The notes: generated by a model from the letters alone, not told the origin. A stretch of DNA of 64,000 nt from an uncultured Holophagales bacterium (GCA_963842525.1 CAWJGT010000025.1:352001-416000); one strand, 5' to 3'. Positions 1 through 10,496 are shown, counted from the first letter of the stretch. A program made the numbers and translations.

Positions 1-365
1 ACCTCGTGCCGACCATCCGCGAGACCGCCGAGCTGGTCCAGGAGGTCACCGCGGCCTCGGACGAGCAGGCCGCCGGCGTCGGCCTGGTCAACCGCGCCAT
101 GAGCGAGGTCGATCTCGTGGCCCAGCGCAACGCCTCGGCGGCGGAGGAGCTGTCGGCCGCGGCCGAGGAGCTGTCGTCCCAGGCCGAGGCCCTGAAGGAT
201 CTCATCGCGTACTTCCGCGTCGACGGCGATGCGCCGCTGCCGCTCCGGCACGATGCCGTGATCGCTCCGTTCCCGACCGCGGCGCGCATGCCGGCGCCCA
301 CCGCGCGCCGCTTCCGGGGCGCGGCCCATGGCGGACCGGGAGAGGCGGAGTTCACTCCTTTCTGA
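1..365 (+). CDS. methyl-accepting chemotaxis protein, C-terminal part (5' truncated by window edge)
   Basis: MCP signalling/methylation helices (EVTAASDEQAAGV..NASAAEELSAAAEEL), C-terminal pentapeptide-like tail EFTPF, upstream of cheW. Confidence 0.9.
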   Translation, partial: LVPTIRETAELVQEVTAASDEQAAGVGLVNRAMSEVDLVAQRNASAAEELSAAAEELSSQAEALKDLIAYFRVDGDAPLPLRHDAVIAPFPTAARMPAPTARRFRGAAHGGPGEAEFTPF

Positions 366-374
366 GGTAGCGCG

Positions 375-938
375 ATGCAAGCAGCGGCCAGACCTGTCGA
401 GACCGTGCAGCAATACCTGACCTTCCACCTCTGCGAGGAGGAGTACGCCGTCGGCATCCTGCAGGTGCGCGAGATCATCGAATACGGCATCGTCACCCGG
501 GTGCCCACCACGCCGCCCTTCATCCGCGGCGTGATCAACGTGCGCGGCAGCGTCGTGCCGGTGATCGACCTCGCCGTCAAGTTCGGCCTGACGCCCAATC
601 CGGTGACCCGGCGGTCCTGCATCCTCCTCATCGAGGTGGAGCTCGCGGGCGAGCCGACCGCGATGGGCGTCGTCGCCGACTCGGTCAGCCAGGTGGTCGA
701 CCTTCTGCCGGGAGACATCGAGCCGGCGCCGGCCTTCGGCACGAGGGTGCACGTCGACTACCTCCTCGGCATGGTCAAGCTGGGGGACAAGTTCGCCCTC
801 GTCCTGGACATCGACCGTATCCTGTCGACCGACGAGCTGCTCCAGGTCAGCGAGGTCCCGCAGGAGGCGGCGAGCATTCTCGCCTCGGCCACCGAGGCGT
901 CCGCCACGATGGAGATCGAGGGGGAGAGCGCCTCGTGA
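375..938 (+). CDS. cheW: chemotaxis coupling protein CheW
   Basis: QYLTF..EEYAV.I..VREI, GVINVRGSVVPVIDL motifs. Confidence 0.95.
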   Translation: MQAAARPVETVQQYLTFHLCEEEYAVGILQVREIIEYGIVTRVPTTPPFIRGVINVRGSVVPVIDLAVKFGLTPNPVTRRSCILLIEVELAGEPTAMGVVADSVSQVVDLLPGDIEPAPAFGTRVHVDYLLGMVKLGDKFALVLDIDRILSTDELLQVSEVPQEAASILASATEASATMEIEGESAS

Positions 939-1825
939 CGACCGCGACGGCGGGCAAGGCGCCGCCGGTCCACCACGCGCCGGACATCCGCGCGCCCACC
1001 GAGCGCGAGTTCCGGCTCTTCCAGGACCTCCTCTCGCGCGAGACCGGGATCTGGCTCAGCGAGCACAAGAGGCCGCTCCTGGTGAGCCGCCTGACCCGGC
1101 GCCTGCGGCAGCTCGGCCTGACCCGCTTCGGCGACTACTACGAGCTGGCCAACGGCGATGCGGCGGAACGGTCGAAGATGATCGAGTGCCTCTGCACGCA
1201 CGAGACGAGCTTCTTCCGCGAGCCCCGCCAGTTCCAGTTCTTCGAGAGCTCGCTGCTGCCGGCCTGGCTCGCCGCCTCCGACGAGGGCTTGCGCCCGCGG
1301 CGGGTGCGGATCTGGAGCGCCGGCTGCTCCACCGGCGAAGAGCCCTTCTCGATCGCCATGCTCCTCGCCGAGTGGCTCCCCGGCTGGGACTGCCGGGTGA
1401 CGGCCACCGACCTGTCGCGCCGGGCGCTCGACAAGGCGCGCTCCGCGACCTGGCCGATCCGGCGGATGGAGGAGATCCCGGTCCCCCTCCTCAAGCGCTA
1501 CATGCTGCGCGGCACCGGCGGCCAGGAGGGCTTCATGCGGGCCGGGGTCGAGCTGCGCGACATGGTCCGCTTCGAGCAGCTCAACCTCGCCGACCCCTAC
1601 TACGGGTTCGAAGAGCCCTTCGACCTCATCTTCTGCCGCAACGTGATGATCTACTTCGATCCCGTCTCCCGCATGCGGGTGGTCGACCGCCTCCTGCGTC
1701 ACCTGATCCCCGGCGGCCATCTCTTCCTCGGGCACGCCGAGAGCCTGCTCGGCCACACCGACCGCATACGCAGCGTGCTGCCGAGCGTCTACTCGCTCCT
1801 CCCGGCCGGCACGAGCGAGGGCTGA
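935..1825 (+). CDS. cheR: chemotaxis protein-glutamate O-methyltransferase CheR
   Basis: THETSFFRE, RIWSAGCSTGEEP, FDLIFCRNVMIYFD, GHAESL. Confidence 0.95.
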   Translation: MTTATAGKAPPVHHAPDIRAPTEREFRLFQDLLSRETGIWLSEHKRPLLVSRLTRRLRQLGLTRFGDYYELANGDAAERSKMIECLCTHETSFFREPRQFQFFESSLLPAWLAASDEGLRPRRVRIWSAGCSTGEEPFSIAMLLAEWLPGWDCRVTATDLSRRALDKARSATWPIRRMEEIPVPLLKRYMLRGTGGQEGFMRAGVELRDMVRFEQLNLADPYYGFEEPFDLIFCRNVMIYFDPVSRMRVVDRLLRHLIPGGHLFLGHAESLLGHTDRIRSVLPSVYSLLPAGTSEG

Positions 1826-1829
1826 GCCC

Positions 1830-2942
1830 ATGGCGCACAAGGACTCGATCCACGTCCTGGTGGTGGACGACTCGGCCGTCGTCCGCCAGCTCCTCTCCGC
1901 CCTCCTCTCCGAGGGGGGCGACATGACGGTGGCCGTGGCCGCCGACCCCTACATCGCGCTGCACAAGATGGGGCAGCAGCGCCCGGACGTCATCGTCCTC
2001 GACCTCGAGATGCCGCGCATGGACGGGATGACCTTCCTGCGCAAGGTGATGCGCGAGGACCCGATCCCGGTGGTGGTCTGCTCGGGCTATGCGGGCAAGG
2101 GGTCCGAAGCCGCCGTGCGCGCGCTGGAGGAGGGGGCGGTCGAGGTACTGGCCAAGCCGAAGGTGGGGCTGCGCGAGTTCCTCTACGAATCGGCCGTGAC
2201 CCTGACCGACGCGGTGCGGGCTGCCTCTCAGGCGAAGGTCCGGCGCAGCCTCCGCCCGGCGCCCAAGCTGTCGGCCGACGCGGTCCTGCCGGCGCGGCCC
2301 CCCCGGTTGCTGGTCGACCCGTCCGGGCTCCGCGTCGTGGCCATGGGAGCCTCCACCGGCGGCACCGAGGCCCTCCACTTCATCCTGTCGCAGATGCCCG
2401 AGACCGCGCCGCCGCTGGTCATCGTCCAGCACATGCCCGAAGGGTTCACCGCCGCCTTCGCCAAGCGTCTGCACGACGTCTGCCGGATCGAGGTCAAGGA
2501 GGCCGCCGACGGCGATGCCGTGGTGCCCGGCCGGGCGCTGATCGCGCCGGGCAACCTCCATACGATGCTGATGCGGCGGGGGAACGGCTATGCGGTCGAG
2601 GTGCGGGACGGGCCGCTGGTGTGCCGGCACCGGCCGAGCGCCGACGTGCTCTTCCGTTCCTTCGCGCAGGCGGCCGGCCCGGCGGCCATTGGGGTGATCC
2701 TCACCGGCATGGGCAACGACGGCTCCGCCGGGCTGCTGGAGATGAAGCAGGCGGGCGCCGCGACCTTCGCCCAGAGCGAGGAGACGTGCGTCGTCTTCGG
2801 GATGCCCAAGGAGGCGATCGCGCTGAAAGCGGTCGACGAGGTGTTGCCGCTGCCGGAGATCCCGCAGGCGCTCCTGCAACGGGCGGCGCTCCCGGTCGTC
2901 CGGCGGCGGACCGGGCAGTGGTCCGCCGAGCCGGCCGAGTAG
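1830..2942 (+). CDS. cheB: chemotaxis response regulator protein-glutamate methylesterase CheB
   Basis: REC domain (VLVVDDS, LDLEMPRMDG) plus GASTGG, VQHMP, GVILTGMGNDG. Confidence 0.95.
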   Translation: MAHKDSIHVLVVDDSAVVRQLLSALLSEGGDMTVAVAADPYIALHKMGQQRPDVIVLDLEMPRMDGMTFLRKVMREDPIPVVVCSGYAGKGSEAAVRALEEGAVEVLAKPKVGLREFLYESAVTLTDAVRAASQAKVRRSLRPAPKLSADAVLPARPPRLLVDPSGLRVVAMGASTGGTEALHFILSQMPETAPPLVIVQHMPEGFTAAFAKRLHDVCRIEVKEAADGDAVVPGRALIAPGNLHTMLMRRGNGYAVEVRDGPLVCRHRPSADVLFRSFAQAAGPAAIGVILTGMGNDGSAGLLEMKQAGAATFAQSEETCVVFGMPKEAIALKAVDEVLPLPEIPQALLQRAALPVVRRRTGQWSAEPAE

Positions 2943-2948
2943 TCGGAG

Positions 2949-4215
2949 TCAGGCCCGCGTCCGCCGCTCGCGCTGGAGCGTGCCCGCGATCTCGCTGGCG
3001 AGCTCCACGGTCAGGCGCTCCTCCTCGCAGGCCTTCCGGAACATGACGAGCGCGGCCAGGGCCTCGCGGTGGACGTCCCGCGATTCGAAGACCGGCATGA
3101 TCTCGGCCGCGAGCCGCTTGAGGTCGCCGGTCCGGTGCTCCTGCGCATAGAGGATGGCCAGGTCGAGCGACACCACGGCGGCGTCGTAGCCCATCCGCCG
3201 CTGCAGGAATTCCTGCTGGACCTGCCGGAACGTCTGCTCAGCCTCGACGAGCTGACCCAAACCGTGAGCGATCTTCGCTTCGGTCCAGTGGAGGCGAACC
3301 AGATCCAGGGGCTTGGCAAGTCGAGAGAAGGACTCTCGCACTGAGGGCAATAAGCTGCTCGCCTCCGCGTGCCGGCCCGCGAGGCTCAAGCAGGTGACCA
3401 GGTTGTGCCGGGCATACAGGTTCAGATGCGGCTCCGCATCCGGGTCGATCTCCTCGATACCCTGGCGGAGCAGCTCGACCGCCGCCGTCACATCTCCGGT
3501 TTCCTCCAGGAGCTTGGCTTTTTTCAGAATGGCCATCCCGAGCCCGTGGGAATCTTCCCCTTCCCGGTAAAGCACCAGGGCACGGTCCGTCAGAGTCAGG
3601 GCCTCCCCAAACCGCCGCTGATCCCTCCGGAGAGAGCCTTCATGTCGAGGATCTCCGCCGCGACCAGCGGGTTGCCGGTCATGCTTTCGCCCAGGTGCTT
3701 CTCCGCCTTGCGGAAAGCGGTCTCTGCGCTCCTGCGCTCCCCAGGATCCGCCGGCCGTTTCCGAGATAGGCGAAGGCGCGCGCATGCAGGTCGGAGATCC
3801 AATGCGGGTCATAGGCGGTCTCGAGATGCTGGGCCGCGTGCAACGCCAGCTCGGCCAGGTTGACAGCCGAGGCCGGATCCTCGAAGGCTGCCTCCAGACT
3901 CTTTTTGAGCAGGTGCTGACAAACGGCCCAGCTCTGGAAGCCCGGATCGTCGGCCACCATCCCGAGCTGCTCGTCGAAGGGGTGACGCAGCAGCTCGGCG
4001 ACGAGCGAGGGAGCCTCCTGTCCCTCGAAGACGGCGACACGCTCGTCCCAATGGCCGACCTCGCGTTTGAGACGCTGGATCTCCTCATAGCGCTCGCTGC
4101 AGGCAGGGCAGCTCGCCAGGAGGTGCGGGATCACCTTGGTGTACAGGTCATCGCTCTCCAGGTCACCGGCCAGCCACTTCGCCATCATTTCGAGCGACAG
4201 ATGAGCGTCTTTCAA
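2949..4215 (-). CDS. TPR protein with N-terminal HL..CPAC zinc-finger-like segment; two frameshifts (~3740, ~3635), probably sequencing errors
   Basis: ORFs 3679-4215, part of 3596-3802 and the 3' part of 2949-4088 join into one helical-repeat protein ending VHREALAALVMFRKA; TTG start with AAGGAGG SD; C-terminus similar to the 51.5-54.3 kb TPR genes. Confidence 0.8.
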
Positions 4216-4342
4216 GGGTCCCTCCTTAGGAAAAGAAATGCTCCCACTCTATGAAGTTGCCGCAGGAGGATAATCCGTGACACGCCGGGAAAAAAAGATG
4301 GGGCCGGTCCTGGCCAGCCCCCGAGCTCGCGGCCAAGCGCTT

Positions 4343-4639
4343 CTAGCCGTGCGGATCGATGGTCGCCCCCACGTCGCCGTCGGAAGTCACTCCGCTCGAG
4401 CCATCACCCTGTCCTGGGTTCCCGTGCGGATCGAGCCCGGCACCGACCATCCCCCAGATGCCGACGATCGCCTCCCAGGCCCGCGTCAGGACACTCATCG
4501 GCCGGCCGTGATCCCGCTGCTCCCACTGCTGGGGCTCGGTGTCCCAGCCGAGCACCCCGGCGAAGGAAGCAACAGGCAGCAGCGCAAGCAGTCCGGCCAG
4601 AACCACGGGGAGTGTACGCCTCCAAATCTTCGAAGACAT
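4343..4639 (-). CDS. small secreted protein (98 aa) with two GAx[LI]DPHG repeats
   Basis: signal peptide MSSKIWRRTLPVVLAGLLALLPVASFA, Trp amphipathic helix AWEAIVGIW, GAGLDPHG and C-terminal GATIDPHG; paralogous motif at 51263 and 52382. Confidence 0.75.
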   Translation of the reverse strand: MSSKIWRRTLPVVLAGLLALLPVASFAGVLGWDTEPQQWEQRDHGRPMSVLTRAWEAIVGIWGMVGAGLDPHGNPGQGDGSSGVTSDGDVGATIDPHG

Positions 4640-4791
4640 GTCTTGACCCCTTTCAGGGCGGGCGAAATGGCGCGGCGCCATGCCGCGGATGCCCATCCCC
4701 GTAAAAGAGAGTCAGCAGCCACGTCAACAGCGGGACAAAATCCGGGGAAAAATCTGCCAAGCACGAACTTCCGTCGCCGGAAGCCAACCCT

Positions 4792-5490
4792 TCAGCGGCA
4801 GTAGCGGGCCAGGCTGCGGCGGTCGTGGACCCGGATGCGGTGGTCGGGATCGACGGAGATGTAGCCGCGCTGCTTGAGCTCGACGATCACCTGGTTGACC
4901 CGCTCGCGGGAGGCGCCGACGATCTCGCCGAGGTCGCTCTGCGTCAGCCGCAGCGGGATGGTCACCTCGCCGCCGGCCTCCTCGGCTGCCATAGCGGTCG
5001 GCCAGGGCGAGGATCTGGCGGGCCACCCGGCCGGGCACGTCCAGGGTGCACAGCGCCTGGATCTGCTCGTTGGCGAAGCGCAGCCGGTTCGACGAGCAGC
5101 CGGACGAGGTTGTTGGCCAGCGGCGTGAGCGTCCGCAGGCAGGTCTGGAAGGTGGCGCGGTCCATCCAGAGGAGGCGGGAGCGCTCGGTCGTCACCACGT
5201 TGGCGGAACGGCCGGCGCTGTCGATCAGGCTCATCTCCCCTACCGTGTCGCCGCGGCCGAGGAAGGCGAGGATGACCTCGCGGCCGTCCTCCCGGGTGAC
5301 GTAGATCTTCACCGTGCCTTCGAGGATGACGTAGACCACCTCGCCGGGCTGGTCGGCCGTGATGAAGTGGGTCCCGGCCGGGATCACGGAGCTGCGCAGC
5401 AGGCCGTTCGAGTCGCCGAGCTGCTCGGGCGCCAGCCCCTCGAACAGCTCGAGGCTCGCCCAGAAGCTTCGGATCCTCGACGGCTGGCAT
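4792..5490 (-). CDS. Crp/Fnr family transcriptional regulator (about 3 frameshifts, probably sequencing errors)
   Basis: cNMP domain (VYVILEGTVKI..GEMSLIDSAGRSANV) and Crp HTH (LTQSDLGEIVGASRERVN) in different frames. Confidence 0.85.
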   Translation of the reverse strand: MPAVEDPKLLGEPRAVRGAGARAARRLERPAAQLRDPGRDPLHHGRPARRGGLRHPRRHGEDLRHPGGRPRGHPRLPRPRRHGRGDEPDRQRRPFRQRGDDRALPPPLDGPRHLPDLPADAHAAGQQPRPAARRTGCASPTSRSRRCAPWTCPAGWPARSSPWPTAMAAEEAGGEVTIPLRLTQSDLGEIVGASRERVNQVIVELKQRGYISVDPDHRIRVHDRRSLARYCR

Positions 5491-5507
5491 CGGCGGCTCG
5501 GCGGCGG

Positions 5508-6662
5508 CTATCGGCCGAGCAGGGTGGCGAGGACCTCGACGCCACGCTCGACCACGTCCGGCGGTGCGGCGGTGAAGCAGACCCGGACATGGGTGGGATA
5601 GGGGCCGAAGCTCGGCCCAGGAGCCACGAACAGACCGCGGTCGACGCAGTCTTCGAGGAAGCCGCCGAGCCCGCGCTCGTCCAGCCGGTCCGCCACGTCC
5701 AGGAAAAGGAAGGTGCTCCCCTGCGGTGGATCGAGCCCCAGCCGCGCCGCCGCGCGTTCGCCGGACGCGCGGTACTGCTCCCGTGCCCGGGCGATCCACG
5801 CCTCCCCCGGCCCGTCGAGCACCCGCAGGGCGGCGAGCTGCGCGGCCGTGGGCGTGCTGTAGAAGCTGTGCATGCCGATCTTGCGCAGCTCTTTCATGGC
5901 CCCGGCCGGGCCGACGACGTGCCCGCAGCGGTTGCCCGCCATGCCATAGGCCTTGGAGAAGGAATGCGCGGCGAAGGTGCGCTCGGGCGCCAGCGGCCGG
6001 CACTAGGTGTGCTCGCCGTCGTAGACGTAGTCCTCGTAGACCTCGTCGGCCAGGATCCAGAGGTCCTCGTTCGTGCGCCCAGGCGACCAGCGCCTCGACC
6101 CAGGAGCGCGGGATGGTGCGGCCGGTCGGGTTGCTCGGCGTGTTGAGGTAGAGGGCGATCGTGCGCGGGGTGAGCTTCTCCCGCACCACCTCGACGGCGG
6201 TTTCAGGTGAATCGGCGCGCGCCGAAGAAGGGCGACGTCCACCGGCACGCCATGGAAGGAGTGGACGATGCCGGTGATCAGCGGCCAGTGCGGCGCGAGC
6301 AGGAGCACCTCGTCGCCGGGGGTCTACGATCGCGCCGGCCACCGCGGCCAGGCCGCCGGTGGCTCCGGTGGTGACCAGGACGTTCTCCCGCTCGGTCGGC
6401 ACGCCCGTGCGTGCTCGCGTCTGCTCGACGAGGGCGTCGAGCAGCGCCGGCATCCCTGGGGCGGCGCGTAGCGGTGCATGCCGGGGTGCTCCGCGACGCG
6501 CAGGTCCTCCATGCGGCACCCCGCGGCGGGCTCCATCCAGGTGTCGCCGACGTGCAGCGGGTAGACCTCGCCCTGGTGGGTGGCGAGGCGGTGGGCGAGC
6601 GCCGAGTACACGGCGCCCGCAATGTCACCGACGGTCGGGGAGAATCCAGGATAACGAGGCAT
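5508..6662 (-). CDS. PLP-dependent aminotransferase class I/II (multiple frameshifts)
   Basis: fragments VLVTTGATGGL, LNTPSNPTG, ILADEVYEDY, SFSKAYGMAGNRCG across frames. Confidence 0.85.
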
Positions 6663-6697
6663 CGCTACGGCCCTGTCCGGCGAACCGGCTCATCGTA

Positions 6698-7313
6698 TCA
6701 AAACGACAGGATCAGGCCGGCCGAGGCCTCCCCCTGGAGGAGATCCCCCTGGGAGTCGTAGCGGTCGTAGCGGTCGTCGAAGTCGGTGTCGAGGTTGGTC
6801 CAGTAGCCGCGGGCCTCGAGACGGATGCCGACGTTCGGGCTGAAGAAGATCTTCACGCCGCCGCCCAAGGTGCCGGCGAAGTAGTTCTCGGCGTCGAGGC
6901 TCGGGGAAATCCGGCTCGATCCGCGCCAGGCCCCCGGTGATCACGAAGAACGGCTTCACCTGTCCCGCGCCGGTCTGGAAGAGGAAGCCGGCCTGGTAGT
7001 AGGAGAGCGTCACGTCGCCCAGGTCGCTCGACGGGGACAACAGCCCCTCGTCGACGCTGAACGAGGTGTCCTGCCGGCTGGCCATCAGCTCGATCGACCA
7101 GTTGGGCGTGAAGCCGATGTCGAACAGGACTCCAAAGACCTCGCTCTCTTCGACCTGCACGTCCTGGTCGAAGCCGAGGTCGGCCGAGGAATCGATGGTG
7201 CCGTCCAGGCGGTAGCCCGCGAACGGCGTGAGCTCGAACTGGTTCGGCTGGGCGAAGGCCGCGGCGGGAACGAGAAGCAGAACGGAAGCAAGAGCGAGAA
7301 GCGCTCGGCGCAT
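6698..7313 (-). CDS. outer membrane beta-barrel protein (one frameshift ~6900)
   Basis: signal peptide, alternating beta strands; the shifted frame gives GGGVKIFFSPNVGIRLEARGY...AGLILSF with terminal Phe. Confidence 0.8.
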
Positions 7314-7413
7314 GTCGGTCGTCTCCATGGTCAGGCGGGCCCCGGACCTCCGGGGGCCTCGCTTCCGTTGTATCACGTTTGCTCCCAGGCGCCGGTGATA
7401 GCATCCTCCCGCC

Positions 7414-7740
7414 ATGGAGACGGTCCTTACCGAGGCACGAAGGCTGCCGGACACACGCCGGCTGCGGCTGACCTGGAGCGACGGTCACGTCGCCGAATAT
7501 CCCTACGACTACCTGCGCGGCTGGTGCCCCTGCGCCGGCTGCCAGGGCCATACCGGCATGAAGATCCGCTACCAGCCGCCGGCCAAGCCCGTCATGGTCG
7601 AATCCATCAAGCCGGTTGGCAACTACGCCATCTCTCTCGCCTTCTCGGACGGCCACGGCACCGGCATCTACCGCTACGAATTCCTGCGCGAGATCTGCCC
7701 CTGCGAGAAATGCGGCGGGGTGGAAGACGCGGTCGGCTAA
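7414..7740 (+). CDS. DUF971 / gamma-butyrobetaine hydroxylase-like N-terminal domain protein
   Basis: WSDGH, LRGWCPCAGC, PVGNYAI, FSDGHGTGIY. Confidence 0.85.
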   Translation: METVLTEARRLPDTRRLRLTWSDGHVAEYPYDYLRGWCPCAGCQGHTGMKIRYQPPAKPVMVESIKPVGNYAISLAFSDGHGTGIYRYEFLREICPCEKCGGVEDAVG

Positions 7741-8297
7741 CTGCCCAGGTCTTCCGGCCGGTTCACGTTCAGGAACATCTCCTCCGGCCGGCCGAACGCG
7801 GCCAGCTCAGCCCCCTCCAGCCAGCGGATCCCCAGATCATCCTCCGCCAGCTCGTGCAGTGCGAAGAGACCGCGCTCGACGCGGGCGGCGAGGGCGGCGA
7901 GGGCGCGCGGCCGGTAGAGGGCGCAGAGCGGCTCGATCCCGCCCTCCCACCGCGGCAGCACCAGGTCGCCGGCACAGAGGGCGATGTGTGTGAGGAGCGG
8001 GACCGGCACCCGCGGCAGGTCGCAGGCGAGGACCAGCAGCGGACGGTCCGGACAGGCCGCTGCGGCGCCCAGGAGCCCGGCGGCCGGACCGCGGCCGGGG
8101 CCGTCCGGCACGGAGGGGAGGCCGGGCAGGAGATGCCGGCCGGCGTCGGCCAGGATCACCTCCGGGCAGACCGCCGCCAGGCGCCGCGCCGCCCTTCCGG
8201 CCAGGGTCTCGCCTCCGACCATCAGGAGAGCCTTGTCGCGCCCCATGCGACGCGAGGCGCCTCCGGCCAGCACCACCCCGGCGACCCCTGCGCACAC
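7737..8297 (-). CDS. mobA: molybdenum cofactor guanylyltransferase
   Basis: VVLAGGASRRMGRDKA, LACDLP, EPLCALY, FLNVNRPEDL; start codon uncertain. Confidence 0.85.
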   Translation of the reverse strand: MCAGVAGVVLAGGASRRMGRDKALLMVGGETLAGRAARRLAAVCPEVILADAGRHLLPGLPSVPDGPGRGPAAGLLGAAAACPDRPLLVLACDLPRVPVPLLTHIALCAGDLVLPRWEGGIEPLCALYRPRALAALAARVERGLFALHELAEDDLGIRWLEGAELAAFGRPEEMFLNVNRPEDLGS

Positions 8298-8346
8298 TCC
8301 CGTCGTGTTAGCATCCCGGCCGGACAACGCCAAAGGAGACCGCTCC

Positions 8347-8943
8347 ATGAATGCAACCTTCCTTCTCTTCTTCTTCCTCGTCTTCGGGATCGTCGGCTCG
8401 ACCGCGGCTCAGCAGGGCGGCGGCGGCGTGGGAAACCCGCGCGTGGCCTTCGACACCACGAAGGGGAAGATCGTCATCGAGCTGTTCGAGGACAAGGCGC
8501 CCAAGACGGTCGCCAACTTCCTGCAGTACGTCAAGTCCAAGCACTTCGACGGCACCATCTTCCACCGCGTCATCCCCGGCTTCGTGATCCAGGGGGGCGG
8601 CTTCACGGCGGACATGACCCAGAAGCCCACCAAGCCCCCCGTCCAGAACGAGGCGGACAACGGCCTCAAGAACGGGCGCGGCACCCTCTCCATGGCCCGC
8701 ACCAGCGACCCGAACAGCGCCAGCTCCCAGTTCTTCATCAACCTGAGCGACAACGCCTCCCTCGACCACAAGGGCAAATCCCCGCAGGGCTGGGGCTATG
8801 CGGTGTTCGGCAAGGTGGTCGAGGGCATGGACGTGGTGGACCAGGTCGCCCAGGTGCGCACCGGCAGCAAGAGTGGTCACAGCGACGTGCCGGTCGAGCC
8901 GATCGTCGTCCGCAAGGCCGAAGTCCTCGGCAACGGGAAGTAG
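8347..8943 (+). CDS. cyclophilin-type peptidyl-prolyl isomerase, exported
   Basis: signal peptide; FDGTIFHRVIPGFVIQGGG, MARTSDPNSASSQFFIN, GYAVFGKV. Confidence 0.95.
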   Translation: MNATFLLFFFLVFGIVGSTAAQQGGGGVGNPRVAFDTTKGKIVIELFEDKAPKTVANFLQYVKSKHFDGTIFHRVIPGFVIQGGGFTADMTQKPTKPPVQNEADNGLKNGRGTLSMARTSDPNSASSQFFINLSDNASLDHKGKSPQGWGYAVFGKVVEGMDVVDQVAQVRTGSKSGHSDVPVEPIVVRKAEVLGNGK

Positions 8944-8946
8944 CTC

Positions 8947-9633
8947 CTACTTCTTCGTGCTCTTACGGACCTGCACCAGGCAGTTCCAGAGGATCTCGAG
9001 CTGCTCCTTGCCATGGGGCAGCTCGTGGTCCCGCCAGACGTCGCGGGTGGCGGTGAGGAGCGCGTACCAGTCGACCGGGTGCCCCTTCTCGTAGATGCGT
9101 CGCATGGCCGCGAACAGGTCGGGGACCGTCCAGCGGGCCGGCTGCCGGCCGCCGAGCTCACGCCAGCCGTAGCGAAGCTGTGCCAGGCGATGGCGCGACA
9201 GCTCCTGGTTCTTGGTGCGCACCCGCAGCCGGCCCACCTCGGGAAGCCGCTCGAACGCCAGGTCGTCCGGCGGGGTATGGTCCGTCAGCACCTGCCAGTG
9301 CTGGGGGATCAGCTCCTCCTTGCGCACCTGGAGGATCAGCGTATCGAACTTCCCTACGGTGAGCCCCTCGAACAGCGCGCCGAGCAGCGGCACGTCGGCG
9401 CCATGGATCCAGGCCGCGATGTCCTCCGGGGCCGGCAGGGGCCGTGCCGGGGCCGCGGCCTCCTTGGCGGCCTTGGCGGCGGCGGCCTTGGCCAGGATCT
9501 CGGCTTTGTCGGGCTTCGCGGCGGCGGCCGGGACAGGGGCGGGCCGCGGATCTGCTTCGGTCAGGGTCGTCGAGGCCGCCTCTGGCGAGGTCGGCGCCTC
9601 CGGCTTGAACGTCACGTCGGTCGGTTCACTCAT
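8947..9633 (-). CDS. hypothetical protein
   Basis: GGAGGA SD, normal codon usage, Ala/Pro-rich N-terminus. Confidence 0.7.
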   Translation of the reverse strand: MSEPTDVTFKPEAPTSPEAASTTLTEADPRPAPVPAAAAKPDKAEILAKAAAAKAAKEAAAPARPLPAPEDIAAWIHGADVPLLGALFEGLTVGKFDTLILQVRKEELIPQHWQVLTDHTPPDDLAFERLPEVGRLRVRTKNQELSRHRLAQLRYGWRELGGRQPARWTVPDLFAAMRRIYEKGHPVDWYALLTATRDVWRDHELPHGKEQLEILWNCLVQVRKSTKK

Positions 9634-9752
9634 GGTCTCCTCCGGGGACGCCCTAGCATAGCGCACACCTCCCCTGTCTGGCCGTCCGGCCGACTCACGG
9701 TTCCCCCGCGCCAACGACGGATTTCAGGAGTCTCGTTGCTTGGAGTGTACGT

Positions 9753-9962
9753 TCAGCCCCGCATGACGTTTCGAGCCTGCAGTCCCTTGGGCCCCTGCAC
9801 CACCTCGAATTGGACCTTCTCCCCCTGGTTCAGGGTCCGGAACCCCTCGGCGACGATCGCGGTGTGGTGGACGAAGATGTCCTCGCCGCCTGTCTCGTCC
9901 TGGATGAAGCCGTATCCCTTGGCGTTGTTGAACCACTTCACCGTTCCCTGTTGTTGGGACAT
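9753..9962 (-). CDS. cold-shock domain protein (CspA family)
   Basis: [31 protein letters not shown]. Confidence 0.95.
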   Translation of the reverse strand: MSQQQGTVKWFNNAKGYGFIQDETGGEDIFVHHTAIVAEGFRTLNQGEKVQFEVVQGPKGLQARNVMRG

Positions 9963-9984
9963 GATGCTGCTACTCCTTTCTCAG

Positions 9985-10018
9985 AAAAAACGCGAGCTTC
10001 GCCACCCCGAAGCCCGTG
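9985..10018 (-). terminator. intrinsic terminator-like hairpin in the leader of the csp gene
   Basis: minus strand cgggcttcg-gggtgg-cgaagctcg then cg and T6, about 22 nt upstream of the ATG. Confidence 0.55.
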
Positions 10019-10160
10019 ATGGAGCCAGGAAAGACAAGCTGAGGTGTTCTGTTTCGGTACGGCACGACATGTCCACAGACCGACCCAGGGAACTGCTACG
10101 CTAGAGTTTGGAAAATACTGGCACCGGCGGAGGGAAAAATCAAGCCTTGCCGCAAACGCG

Positions 10161-10362
10161 ACCTCACCCCCTGTCCCCCTCTCCCATCGCCCCCCGCCGA
10201 CCGGGAGAGGGGGGACGTAGCTGAAGCGTGGAGGCGAGGTCGGCTCTCTCGAAAGGAGAGTCTCTGAAAAGAAACTGCTAGCTATCCCCTCAGAGCACCA
10301 ACCACGTTCCCCCTCTCCCGGGGGAAGGGGGGGCGATGGGAGAGGGGGACAGGGGGTGAGGT
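10161..10362. repeat. REP-like inverted pair (CCTCACCCC..CCCTCTCCC family)
   Basis: ~34-bp perfect outer inverted repeat acctcaccccctgtccccctctcccatcgccccc; related copies at 21390, 23694, 54379. Confidence 0.85.
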
Positions 10363-10383
10363 TTCTTTCAGATCTGGGAGGGA

Positions 10384-10468
<85 letters not shown>

Positions 10469-10496
10469 ACAAAGAACATTCTAGCAGGGCCCGGGC

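Noticed and set aside
3590-6910. Cluster of true pseudogenes or programmed frameshifts (TPR, Crp, aminotransferase, OMP)
   Set aside because: About ten single-base indels in adjacent unrelated genes with otherwise intact motifs are best explained by low-coverage long-read consensus error; read polishing is needed to confirm.
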